From the NCBI GenBank assembly GCA_032718475.1, contig JAUCBJ010008530.1, positions 1 to 40,039 on the forward strand: a DNA stretch of 40,039 bases, in the 5' to 3' direction. Within the stretch, counting starts at the first letter, position 1. Every line of letters begins with the position of its first letter. Source of the stretch: Nemertoderma westbladi (taxonomy: Eukaryota > Animalia > Xenacoelomorpha). The notes beneath the pieces are model-generated. The model did not search any database and was not told the origin of the DNA. It saw nothing but the letters and a program-made list of their open reading frames with translations. Positions 23,865-35,344 of the stretch are shown one piece after another. The position numbers and the translations under genes are program-made.

Positions 23865-24055
23865 GCATTGCAGCTGCATTATATATATATTACATATATA
23901 TTAAGAATGCTGTGCCGGCTTGCGACAAAATTGCGCCACCACAACTCCTATGACATTTGCTAGATTATCCGCATCTTCAAGGCCAGTGTCCTTTAAGATG
24001 CTTCTCAAGAAAGTCACGGGGTGTCCACCATGCTTATTTACTCCGTGAGGCCTCA
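23865..24055 (-). mobile_element. RTE-like LINE 3' fragment in PRC1 intron 3
   Basis: Clearly homologous to 13515-13720 (gcattgcagctgcat...ttaagaatgctgtgccggcttgcgacaaaattgcgcc). Confidence 0.8.
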
Positions 24056-24080
24056 TTTCTTATGTGTTGATGTTGAATAT

Positions 24081-25180
24081 CCAACATCGTCCACCCTTCC
24101 CAACATCGTCCACCCTTCCCAACATCGTCCACCCTTCCCAACATCGTCCACCCTTCCCAACATCAGTCCACCATTTCCAACATCGTCCGCCCTTCCCAAC
24201 ATTGTCCACCCTTCCCAACATCAGTCCACCATTTACAACATCGTCCACCCTTCCCAACATCGTCCACCCTTCCCAACATCATCCACCCTTCCCAACATCG
24301 TCCACCCTTCCCAACATCGCCCACCCTTCCCAACATCAGTCCACCATTTCCAACATCGTCCACCCTTCCCAACATCGTCCACCCTTCCCAACATCGTCCA
24401 CCCTTCCCAACATCGTCCACCCTTCCCAACATCAGTCCACCATTTACAACATCGTCCACCCTTCCCAACATTGTCCACCCTTCCCAACATCGTCCACCCT
24501 TCCCAACATCGTCCACCCTTCCCAACATCGTCCACCCTTCCCAACATCGTCCACCCTTCCCAACATCAGTCCACCATTTCCAACATCGTCCACCCTTCCC
24601 AACATTGTCCACCCTTCCCAACATCAGACCACCATTTACAACATCGTCCACCCTTCCCAACATCGTCCACCCTTCCCAACATCATCCACCCTTCCCAACA
24701 TCGTCCACCCTTCCCAACATCGTCCACCCTTCCCAACATCAGTCCACCATTTCCAACATCGTCCACCCTTCCCAACATCGTCCACCCTTCCCAACATCGT
24801 CCACCCTTCCCAACATCGTCCACCCTTCCCAACATCAGTCCACCATTTACAACATTGTCCACCCTTCCCAACATCGTCCACCCTTCCCAACATCGTCCAC
24901 CCTTCCCAACATCGTCCACCCTTCCCAACATCGTCCACCCTTCCCAACATCAGTCCACCATTTACAACATCGTCCACCCTTCCCAACATTGTCCACCCTT
25001 CCCAACATCGTCCACCCTTCCCAACATCGCCCACCCTTCCCAACATCGTCCACCCTTCCCAACATCGCCCACCCTTCCCAACATCGCCCACCCTTCCCAA
25101 CATCGTCCACCCTTCCCAACATCGTCCACCCTTCCCAACATCGTCCACCCTTCTCAACATCGTCCACCCTTCCCAACATT
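24081..25180. repeat. 19/20-bp minisatellite (CCAACATCGTCCACCCTTC)n in PRC1 intron 3
   Basis: Directly visible tandem array with a periodic 20-bp variant CCAACATCAGTCCACCATTT. Confidence 0.97.
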
Positions 25181-25618
25181 GTTTCCCATAAACATGTCCA
25201 GACGTAGTTGAAGCCAAAGTCAATCATCGGTAAATATAATTTTGGATAAAATTTTTCAAACAACTGAATTAAAATTATAGACAATCTTAGTTTTCAGTTA
25301 TGTGAAAACAATTCATTTAAGCAAATAATTTAAATACATCCCTGTGATATCATGAGAAGTAACGAAGGTTGGAGGCTCCACTGGTACACGGACGTACTGA
25401 CCTATAACACAGGATCCAATTTGGATGCGATTGAACGTAGTTCTTAGAGTAGCCTATTATTGGTGTTATAGGTGAATAAGTGGTTTCATATTATTATGTA
25501 TTTGTTGGGCACAGCTTTTGCAAATTCGGCAATGACGTCCAGGTGGGATCGAACCCCGATCGCCATTGCCGACTTACATACAATATTAGCTCTCAGATAG
25601 ATTATTGAGATTTCAGCA

Positions 25619-28405
25619 ATCCTAAGTTCCATATATTTGCCCTATTACCTCCCTATTATCCTATGTTCCATATATTTGCCCTATTACCTCCCTATTATCC
25701 TAAGTTCCATATATTTGCCCTATTACCTCCCTATTATCCTAAGTTCCATATATTTGCCCTATTACCTCCCTATTATCCTAAGTTCCATATATTTGCCCTA
25801 TTACCTCCCTATTATCCTAAGTTCCATATATTTGCCCTATTACCTCCCTATTATCCTAAGTTCCATATATTTGCCCTATTACCTCCCTATTATCCTATGT
25901 TCCATATATTTGCCCTATTACCTCCCTATTATCCTAAGTTCCATATATTTGCCCTATTACCTCCCTATTATCCTAAGTTCCATATATTTGCCCTATTACC
26001 TCCCTATTATCCTAAGTTCCATATATTTGCCCTATTACCTCCCTATTATCCTATGTTCCATATATTTGCCCTATTACCTCCCTATTATCCTAAGTTCCAT
26101 ATATTTGCCCTATTACCTCCCTATTATCCTATGTTCCATATATTTGCCCTATTACCTCCCTATTATCCTAAGTTCCATATATTTGCCCTATTACCTCCCT
26201 ATTATCCTATGTTCCATATATTTGCCCTATTACCTCCCTATTATCCTATGTTCCATATATTTGCCCTATTACCTCCCTATTATCCTATGTTCCATATATT
26301 TGCCCTATTACCTCCCTATTATCCTAAGTTCCCTATATTTGCCCTATTACCTCCCTATTATCCTAAGTTCCATATATTTGCCCTATTACCTCCCTATTAT
26401 CCTATGTTCCATATATTTGCCCTATTACCTCCCTATTATCCTAAGTTCCATATATTTGCCCTATTACCTCCCTATTATCCTATGTTCCATATATTTGCCC
26501 TATTACCTCCCTATTATCCTAAGTTCCATATATTTGCCCTATTACCTCCCTATTATCCTAAGTTCCATATATTTGCCCTATTACCTCCCTATTATCCTAA
26601 GTTCCATATATTTGCCCTATTACCTCCCTATTATCCTAAGTTCCATATATTTGCCCTATTACCTCCCTATTATCCTAAGTTCCATATATTTGCCCTATTA
26701 CCTCCCTATTATCCTAAGTTCCATATATTTGCCCTATTACCTCCCTATTATCCTAAGTTCCATATATTTGCCCTATTACCACCCTATTATCCTAAGTTCC
26801 CTATATTTGCCCTATTACCTCCCTATTATCCTAAGTTCCATATATTTGCCCTATTACCTCCCTATTATCCTAAGTTCCATATATTTGCCCTATTACCTCC
26901 CTATTATCCTAAGTTCCATATATTTGCCCTATTACCTCCCTATTATCCTAAGTTCCATATATTTGCCCTATTACCTCCCTATTATCCTAAGTTCCATATA
27001 TTTGCCCTATTACCTCCCTATTATCCTAAGTTCCATATATTTGCCCTATTACCACCCTATTATCCTAAGTTCCATATATTTGCCCTATTACCTCCCTATT
27101 ATCCTAAGTTCCATATATTTGCCCTATTACCTCCCTATTATCCTAAGTTCCATATATTTGCCCTATTACCTCCCTATTATCCTAAGTTCCATATATTTGC
27201 CCTATTACCACCCTATTATCCTAAGTTCCATATATTTGCCCTATTACCTCCCTATTATCCTAAGTTCCATATATTTGCCCTATTACCTCCCTATTATCCT
27301 AAGTTCCATATATTTGCCCTATTACCACCCTATTATCCTAAGTTCCATATATTTGCCCTATTACCTCCCTATTATCCTAAGTTCCATATATTTGCCCTAT
27401 TACCTCCCTATTATCCTAAGTTCCATATATTTGCCCTATTACCACCCTATTATCCTAAGTTCCATATATTTGCCCTATTACCTCCCTATTATCCTAAGTT
27501 CCATATATTTGCCCTATTACCTCCCTATTATCCTAAGTTCCATATATTTGCCCTATTACCACCCTATTATCCTAAGTTCCATATATTTGCCCTATTACCT
27601 CCCTATTATCCTAAGTTCCATATATTTGCCCTATTACCTCCCTATTATCCTAAGTTCCATATATTTGCCCTATTACCACCCTATTATCCTAAGTTCCATA
27701 TATTTGCCCTATTACCTCCCTATTATCCTAAGTTCCATATATTTGCCCTATTACCTCCCTATTATCCTAAGTTCCATATATTTGCCCTATTACCTCCCTA
27801 TTATCCTAAGTTCCATATATTTGCCCTATTACCTCCCTATTATCCTAAGTTCCATATATTTGCCCTATTACCTCCCTATTATCCTAAGTTCCATATATTT
27901 GCCCTATTACCTCCCTATTATCCTAAGTTCCATATATTTGCCCTATTACCTCCCTATTATCCTAAGTTCCATATATTTGCCCTATTACCTCCCTATTATC
28001 CTAAGTTCCCTATATTTGCCATATTACCTCCCTATTATCCTAAGTTCCATATATTTGCCCTATTACCTCCCTATTATCCTAAGTTCCATATATTTGCCCT
28101 ATTACCTCCCTATTATCCTAAGTTCCATATATTTGCCCTATTACCTCCCTATTATCCTAAGTTCCATATATTTGCCCTATTACCTCCCTATTATCCTAAG
28201 TTCCATATATTTGCCCTATTACCTCCCTATTATCCTAAGTTCCATATATTTGCCCTATTACCTCCCTATTATCCTAAGTTCCCTATATTTGCCCTATTAC
28301 CACCCTATTATCCTAAGTTCCATATATTTGCCTTATTACCACCCTATTATCCTAAGTTCCATATATTTGCCCTATTACCTCCCTATTATCCTAAGTTCCA
28401 TATTT
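25619..28405. repeat. 39-bp satellite CCTAAGTTCCATATATTTGCCCTATTACCTCCCTATTAT (~71 copies) in PRC1 intron 3
   Basis: Directly visible with near-identical units. It produces the two 13-aa-periodic ~930-aa ORFs. Confidence 0.98.
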
Positions 28406-28685
28406 GTTTCCGCTGCAGGCCATTTATTATTATATGTGTAATAAATAAATACACCATGTTCTAGAATATTTTGTTCATTTATGCATTGTTACCCATCCAT
28501 TTAAGAGATAAACAAAATGTTCCAGAATTATGTGCATCTATTATTAAACACTTGTTGCTAAATAATGAAAATGAAAATAACAAGCGCGAAATCGCGCAAA
28601 GATCCGCGTCTACTAACGCATGAATCGTCTCCTTGAATGGCTTACTTCCAATCTTAACTAAGACAAAAATTCACCAGAAATTCAC

Positions 28686-28742
28686 TAGAGATTGAACTCG
28701 GTACCTAGAGATTCCAACTCCAATGCTCTACCAAGTTCGCCA
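28686..28742 (-). mobile_element. tRNA-derived SINE head (Pol III A and B boxes), degenerate
   Basis: Minus strand TGGCGAACTTGGTAGAGCATTGGAG...GAGTTCAATCTC has A-box and B-box at tRNA-like spacing but no complete cloverleaf. Confidence 0.5.
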
Positions 28743-29154
28743 TAATATTATGATGCTTTATTAAAACGTAACTGGAAATAATTAACAACAACAACTGAGT
28801 GAATACTAAAGGTCTCTCGCTACGCGGACCTAAACAGTGTGCAGTACCCACTAAGTGTACCGGAAGTTAATATATATCTCTGTTACAAATTTCATCAATC
28901 TCAAACTTACTTGTAGGAATTTTTTAAGGGGCCTGGTTGGGTCGTGTCACTGAAGTACAACACTTGGCTCTATTTTCCTTGGATTTCCGGTATATTTAGT
29001 CATTCCATCTGTATAATTTATTATCTGTTTTAATAATTATTATTATTGTTATCCGATTGTGTGGAACATGAATATATTTCAGTTGGTTTCAGTAAATGAA
29101 AGAGAAATAATGTAATGCATTATTGGGTAATAAAATAATCAATAAATATTTCAG

Positions 29155-30195
29155 GTTCATCGCTGGAAGACTTTGTGGCACGAACACCTGGACTACGAAG
29201 AGAAAATGAAGGACCCAACGAGGTTGTTGAACCGCAGAGGCGGAGGAAATTTATTCAAAGAACAGCAAGCGCACACGAAGCTGGAGAAAGAGTTACCGAA
29301 GCTTGAACGGCAGATAGCGGGGAATATCAGGGTGTTCGAAGACGAGAATAATTGCACGTTTACTGTGGAAGGGAACGACTTCATCGACTATATAGAGGAA
29401 CAGCGAGCCACGGAGAAGTTGAAGAAAGAGTTGGAGAAAGCCGAGAAGAAGAAGGTTAAAGAGGCGACGTTAAAGCAGGAAGCTATGCATGGCTCGCGGC
29501 CCGCAGCTAACATGTCGTTGAAACGACGAGCCGTTACGACAACAATGTCAACCCCATCGGGATCAGTGATCGCGACTCCGGTACGGAAGAGAACCCGCGC
29601 TGCCGCCGGTCTCGAGAACACAAACCACTCGAGTCTGAGACGGGCTCCCAGGGTTAAACGCAAATCGATAGGGAAGATCGCAAAGAGGAGGTCCATGGAG
29701 CGGTTCAATATGCGTCGCAAGGGGGCGCCATTGAGCGATCGAACCACCAATGAGTTGAGTACGACGCACGTGCGGGGTCAGCTGGACAGCGCGAGTTCGT
29801 TCGAGAGGGAAAGTTCGGCGATAACCGCGGAGGCGGAATCATACTCAGTGTTCAGTGGGGACCTGGGGATGCATAGCAGTGTGGTGGGAGTTCGGGAAGC
29901 GGTGGGGGGACGGGAGGCGATGGGGGGGCGGGGGGCGATGGGGGGACGGGAGCCAATGGGGGGACGGGAGCCAATGGGGGGACGGGGGAAGACAACAGCT
30001 CGAGGACCAAAACGAGTCCCTGCAGACAACCAGCCTGTTAAACAGATCGCGCGAGTGTTCTCTTCTACTACACCGCCCCCGTTCAGAGTTGTCCCCGTTC
30101 GCGATAAGGCCGCTCTCACGGTACACGCCAACACCCCGAATAAACCGCCCCTTCGATTCACCAGATCGCAGTTGACTAAAACAACGCGAAACTGA
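29155..30195 (+). CDS. PRC1: PRC1 exon 4 (microtubule-binding spectrin domain and basic disordered tail)
   Basis: Acceptor atttcag|. DPTRLLNRRGGGNLFKEQQAHTKLEKELPKLE is the MAP65/ASE1 signature. TP CDK-type sites and a basic NLS-like stretch follow. The joined CDS is 225+571+266+1041 = 2103 nt (700 aa) without stops. Confidence 0.95.
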   Translation, partial: VHRWKTLWHEHLDYEEKMKDPTRLLNRRGGGNLFKEQQAHTKLEKELPKLERQIAGNIRVFEDENNCTFTVEGNDFIDYIEEQRATEKLKKELEKAEKKKVKEATLKQEAMHGSRPAANMSLKRRAVTTTMSTPSGSVIATPVRKRTRAAAGLENTNHSSLRRAPRVKRKSIGKIAKRRSMERFNMRRKGAPLSDRTTNELSTTHVRGQLDSASSFERESSAITAEAESYSVFSGDLGMHSSVVGVREAVGGREAMGGRGAMGGREPMGGREPMGGRGKTTARGPKRVPADNQPVKQIARVFSSTTPPPFRVVPVRDKAALTVHANTPNKPPLRFTRSQLTKTTRN

Positions 30196-30869
30196 ATTAT
30201 TGCGCGAAAAATCTTGGTTATTGAAGTAGATTTGTGGTCCTTATTAGATTCTACCACTTATATGCAGACTATAACAACCCAGATAAATTGTTATTACAGT
30301 GAAATGAAGAGGTTAGATCCCTCTACTCACAAGTATCCATTAGACTGACTTAAAGAAACTATAATTAATAATATAAAGATAACTTTTACTTTAGCAGTAA
30401 TATTATGCAAAAATACCTTAACAGTGAAACTTTTGCATGTAGTTTTTGTATTTCCATGTATTCTTTTACGTTACTTAATGTCTGTTTATATAACTTCTGT
30501 TGTGTTTTCATAAAGATACCCTTTAATCCCCATCAAGATCCACGACGGTATCTTTATGGAACACATCTACTACTTATTCTATGCAATTTCTATAGCAATC
30601 GTCATACTCTTTAGATTTCGATTTTTAGGATAAATAACTTATTAATAATATTTTGATTACCAGAAGTATTCGTTGCTGGTAATATATTGTTATATTGTGA
30701 CATAGAAGCTCCGGTACTCTCACCAGATAGTGAAACTAAGCTTGGAAACTCAGCATCCTGACTGGCGTACTGCAAGGCGGCACATTGGCACCATTACTGT
30801 ATCCATAATTGTTTTGGATTGTGCAAAGAGGACAGCCACAGAGTAGCAGCAGATAATCGACAACTACAG

Positions 30870-31197
30870 AGTGTTTAACGAGTGTTTAAAATTAATAAAT
30901 GTTATTTGTATATGTGGTGGGTTTTGTGTAACACCCACTTTATCTTACACTTCTGAAATATCAGTAAGATAAAGTTGTATTAAAGTTATTTTGCAATTGA
31001 TTACTTGATGGTTTACTGACATAACAATTCGATATAATTGAAACATTTCCGTTCTGCTGGAACTATTTATCATATACAATATTCAACAAATTTAAAGAAC
31101 TATATTTATATACTTCGGGATCCCGTTCCAAAAAAGTCGGGAATGGAATTGAATTTTTCACCGGGATGACGGTTTTTCGGGATCCCGTTTAAACACT
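30870..31197. mobile_element. hAT-type MITE (~328 bp)
   Basis: Short imperfect TIRs AGTGTTTAA / TTAAACACT, flanked by an 8-bp direct repeat AACTACAG at 30862-30869 and 31198-31205. Confidence 0.65.
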
Positions 31198-32040
31198 AAC
31201 TACAGACCACAGAATTCGGAAGTACGAACTCTCTAAATTGCAGAATGAGTCCCTCCGGCTCGGGCAGAGTAGGACATCCAGGGATGCAGTTAAGACTGCT
31301 TCTACTTCCCTTAACAGGCAGTACTCTGATAATCTGAAGAAGCTTGTCAATAAGCAGATTGATGCGATTAACAATGCTGATGATGGCAATCAATAAACCT
31401 GCTCACTGGGAGGAAAAGCCAACCAACCACCAAGGTTAAGGCTGAATCTCCAGCTGAACGCCTCAAAGGTTGGAAGGACCACTTTGAGAAGCTTCTAAAC
31501 AATGACGGGACATTGCCTGATAACTTTGAGGTACATCCTGTTTCTGAATCTGTGCTCACAGATATCCCCATTGGTGACATCTCATTTACTGAAATCAAGA
31601 TTGCAGCTAGGAGCATCACGAGCAATTTATTGTGCCATTGGAGTATATGGCGTGCCCCCCTTAGGTCTTTAATATAACTGAGTGTTTGGACCTCATTCAC
31701 CCTATTATTGTTTGCATGTATAGGACAAAGAGAGTCCCTCGAGAACTGAAAATAAATTACTTGGTCCCGCCCCAAAGAAGGGCAACCTAACAACCTGTGG
31801 ATCTTTCCGTGGGAATCTCGTTAATCTCGATTACTACAATGCTATACAATATAATTATATTAAATCACATTAGGGATCATGTTGAGAGACTGTTACGTGG
31901 GAACCAAATGTGTTCCGTAAAGGTCGTGGAACCATGGAGCCTGGCTATTATCTATATTGACTTCTTTAAGACCTTCGACTCAATCTCCCGACAACGTATG
32001 TTTAGCATTCTGGCAGCATATGGATTTCCTGATGGAGGGC
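31198..32040 (+). mobile_element. Degenerate RTE-like LINE ORF2 fragment (linker and N-terminal RT), probably continuing left of the MITE
   Basis: Frameshifted motifs KAESPAERLKGWKDHFEKLLN, FRGISLISI and IYIDFFKTFDSISRQRMFSILAAYGFP. Confidence 0.75.
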
Positions 32041-32564
32041 ATAATCTCGGATGACTTCTGGTACTTAGGATCATGGATCCGAAAGTCAGATGAAGTAGTG
32101 AAGTCGGATACGTAAGGGGAAGGCATGGGCAGCATTGCATAGTCTGTCCAGGATTTGGAAGTCACAGAATCCATCGAAAACTTAAGGTCCTATTATTTAT
32201 GGCAGCGGTAGTACCAGTAATAAGTCCCTTCTCTTATATGGGAGACCATGCTGGGCTTTAACTGAGCCCAAAAACAAGTATTTTGGTTTGGGGTAATTCA
32301 TAGGACCGTTTTTAAAACACTGCACAAACAGACAAACAGTGCTGTCCAGTCAAGGCAGCAAGGGATCGAACTGGGGCCTCCTAATTCTCTAAATAATTTA
32401 TAATATATCGACCGAAAAGTGAAAACCGTCGGTTGTCTGCTGAAGGTTGTCTGCTGTCGGTTTTCGGCTGTTGGCTGTCGGTTGTGGGTTGACGGCGTAA
32501 CGTTTACACCCTTCAAAATCAATCAAATCCATAAAATTTTTAGCCATAGTCACTGTCTGCATCA

Positions 32565-32660
32565 GGGAGTTGTGGCGGTGCAATTTTGTCGATAAGCCGG
32601 CACAGCATTCTTAAAAATGCAGCTGCAATGCAGCATGTCGATCCTAGTAGTAGTAGTAGT
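32565..32660 (+). mobile_element. RTE-like LINE 3' terminal fragment with a (TAG)n tail
   Basis: Matches the reverse complement of 13490-13610 and ends gtcgatcctagtagtagtagtagt. Confidence 0.75.
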
Positions 32661-33156
32661 CTGCATCACCCCATCCGAACACGTCCAGTAGACTCATATG
32701 CGGCTCGGCCAAATCTTCAGCACCTCCCTCTGGCCGAACAACCTGAGCAACAACATTAAACTCTTCAACTTAAAACAACTTCATGATAGTATTCGAAGCA
32801 CTGCCCGCTCACTGGGCTTCCAAATCTACACCCGGCTGCTAAGCCAGCAGCCAGACAAAACCAATAGAATAAACTAATATTCACTTCACTTATGTTTCTC
32901 CTAAGTTTCTGCCACTACGGGACGGGCTGACTGACTGGTTTACCAGCTCGGCATGTTAAATAAATAAATAACTATGTTCTGGAATGAATAATTTTTAGTA
33001 ATGCTTTTACCATTAAGGACCCTAAGTCATCTCCTAAGTTTACTTAGTGATCTGGCAGATTGGGAAAAGTACTGATGTACAGACAGCAGGTCAGTAAGTC
33101 CCGATTGTGCAGTACTGCAGTACAGCAGTACCGGTAGGCCTACAGCATCAACAGTT

Positions 33157-34677
33157 ATGAATGGTACTTCAATTGAATTGCCTTTCTTTCAGTTCGCTGA
33201 ATTATTCCACGTTTTATTCAGCGCTCCACTATATCATCTAATAATCGAGGGGATCCTATTAATATGGATAATCCGTCTCCTACTTACCAAGAGTTACAAC
33301 CCCAAGGATGCGAACGGGAGGTTCAAACTCACCGTAGCTGAGGAGGAAAAGTTGATAGCGGAATGGGAACCGGAGCCGTTAGTGCCTAGCAACCGAGGCG
33401 GCTCCCATAGCAACAGAGGGGACTCCGCCAGCGACAGCCACCCAGCAGCGCACCCCGTCATCGCCTCGGGTAAGGCCGGTAAGTTCCTCAACATCGACGG
33501 GGTCGACTGCCTCAATCTCGGGACGTTTAACTTCGCGGGGCTGGTCGGCCATCAGGTGGTTGAGGACGACGCGGTCGCTGCGGTCTACAAGTACGGGGTC
33601 GGTTCGTGCGGCCCCCGGGGATTCTACGGAACCATCGACGTGCATCTCGAGTTGGAGAGACGCCTCGCGGAGTTCACCCGAACCGAGGAGGCCATCCTCT
33701 ACTCCTACGGGTTCGCCACAGTCGCATCCGCGATCCCCGCCTACGCGAAACGAGGCGACGTTGTATTCGTAGACGACGGCGTTTCCTTCGCCAACCAGAT
33801 GGGCTGCCTGGCGTCGCGTAGCAACCTGCGATGGTTCCCTCACAACGACGTGGCGGCGTTGCGACGACTGCTGGAGCAGCAGCGCGAGGAAGAGAAGAAG
33901 AACGAGAGGAAAGCGCGAGTTACGCGGCTGTTTATCGTGATCGAAGGATTGTACGCAGACAGCGGAGACATGGCGCCTCTAGCGGAGATTATAGAACTCA
34001 AGTACCGATACAAGACGCGAATATTCCTGGACGAGTCGATGAGTTTGTGTTGCTTAGGAGCGACGGGACGGGGGGTTACCGAGTACCTGGGGGTGGATAT
34101 GCATGACGTGGACCTCGTCTACGCGTCGTTGGAGACCTCGCTAGGCTCGGTAGGTGGCTTCGTCTGCGGCGACTCCTTCCTGGTGGACCACCAGCGTCTC
34201 AGCGGTCTCGGCTACTGCTTTTCGGCCTCGTTGCCTCCGTTACTCGCCGTCGCCGCGCTCAGCTCGTTGCGTCTCATCGACGCGCAACCCGAGATATTCG
34301 CGCGTCTTCGTCAGCTGTCGGGACGCGCCCGAGCGCGGCTGGGCGCGCTGCGCGGTCTGGAGTCCGTCAGCCATCCCGACTCGCCCATCCAACACGTCGT
34401 GCTCTCGCGTCCGTCCCGGGATCCCGCTCGGGACTCCCGGTTCCTCGAGTCGGTCTGCGCGGCCGCGCGACGCGCCGGAGTCGCCCTGACAACGGCGCGG
34501 TACCTCGCCGAACGCGAACACAAAGCGAAACCCGCGAGTATCCGTCTCGTTATAAACAGCGAGTTGACCGAATCCGAGATAGACGACGCTGTCGATGTGA
34601 TGCAGCGCTGTTACGATCTACGAGTTACGAGTCACGTGCTATCCGAGCCGCCTTCCGACCAGTCGGACTCCAACTAG
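33157..34677 (+). CDS. SPTLC1: Serine palmitoyltransferase subunit 1 (LCB1), intronless, 506 aa
   Basis: Has the N-terminal TM APLYHLIIEGILLIWIIRLL, plus EEEKLIAEWEPEPLVP, KYGVGSCGPRGFYGTIDVHLELE, YSYGFATVASAIPAYAKRGD and HQRLSGLGYCFSASLPPLLA. The PLP-binding Lys is absent (YASLETSLGS), as expected for LCB1. Confidence 0.97.
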   Translation: MNGTSIELPFFQFAELFHVLFSAPLYHLIIEGILLIWIIRLLLTKSYNPKDANGRFKLTVAEEEKLIAEWEPEPLVPSNRGGSHSNRGDSASDSHPAAHPVIASGKAGKFLNIDGVDCLNLGTFNFAGLVGHQVVEDDAVAAVYKYGVGSCGPRGFYGTIDVHLELERRLAEFTRTEEAILYSYGFATVASAIPAYAKRGDVVFVDDGVSFANQMGCLASRSNLRWFPHNDVAALRRLLEQQREEEKKNERKARVTRLFIVIEGLYADSGDMAPLAEIIELKYRYKTRIFLDESMSLCCLGATGRGVTEYLGVDMHDVDLVYASLETSLGSVGGFVCGDSFLVDHQRLSGLGYCFSASLPPLLAVAALSSLRLIDAQPEIFARLRQLSGRARARLGALRGLESVSHPDSPIQHVVLSRPSRDPARDSRFLESVCAAARRAGVALTTARYLAEREHKAKPASIRLVINSELTESEIDDAVDVMQRCYDLRVTSHVLSEPPSDQSDSN

Positions 34678-35029
34678 CCGCGCTCATAAGTTGCGCTTCT
34701 GTGCTATTCTTGCCTTCCTCTGATTAGTCGCATCTCAGTTTACATCATATAATGTATAATTTTTATCCCCATCCGCTCCAGACAATCCGACTAAGACTAA
34801 TAATATAGTTTTTACCTTTTTATACTTCACTGACATATTAATCAATATATTTTTGACCTCCATCTTCCTCCATCATCCTAATTTACATAAAAGCGGTCTA
34901 TTAACTACGGCCATAGTAGAGTACAGTTGGGAGGGCAACCAAACATCCCGAGGTTGGTTACATTAACTATCCGGCAGATCATTTTCTTTATGGGTTGGTT
35001 GAGGGCCGGTTGGGTTTGTTGTTCTAGTT

Positions 35030-35085
35030 GTATGGATCGAACTCACGACCTTCCGGTTGTTAGACCGCCGACTGTCTACTACATA
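35030..35085 (-). mobile_element. tRNA-derived SINE-like head, degenerate
   Basis: Minus strand ...GGTCTAACAACCGGAAGGTCGTGAGTTCGATCC shows an anticodon-arm-like segment and a B-box. The A-box and acceptor stem are poor. Confidence 0.4.
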
Positions 35086-35344
35086 TTGATGTGGAGCATA
35101 GTGATACTAAACCCTATGCAATAAATGAATCGTTTATAACCACCCCAATATAATTGTCGTTTGTTTTGCTTTATCTTGTCTGTCTACGAGTTAATTATTA
35201 ATTTATTGATATGTCCATTAATTTATTATAGTAAATGTTTCTGTGTTGAAATATTAATTAATATTATGTGTTTAAAATATGTTAAACAATAAATTTCGTT
35301 TATTCTTATTTTCGTTAATTATTTTATTGATGACGATTCTATAT

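Noticed and set aside
24021-25284. Multiple Pro/Ser/His-rich and Gly-rich ORFs
   Set aside because: The 19-bp minisatellite lacks stops in most frames, and there is no splice or domain evidence.
25536-25570. tRNA-like B-box (GGTTCGATCCCACC, minus strand)
   Set aside because: There is no A-box or cloverleaf, so it is at most a SINE remnant and not a tRNA gene.
25637-28464. Two ~930-aa ORFs with 13-aa periodicity
   Set aside because: They are translations of the 39-bp satellite inside PRC1 intron 3. The PRC1 exons join in frame without them.
33294-34523. Several ORFs overlapping SPTLC1 on other frames and strands
   Set aside because: These are shadow ORFs expected in GC-rich coding sequence.
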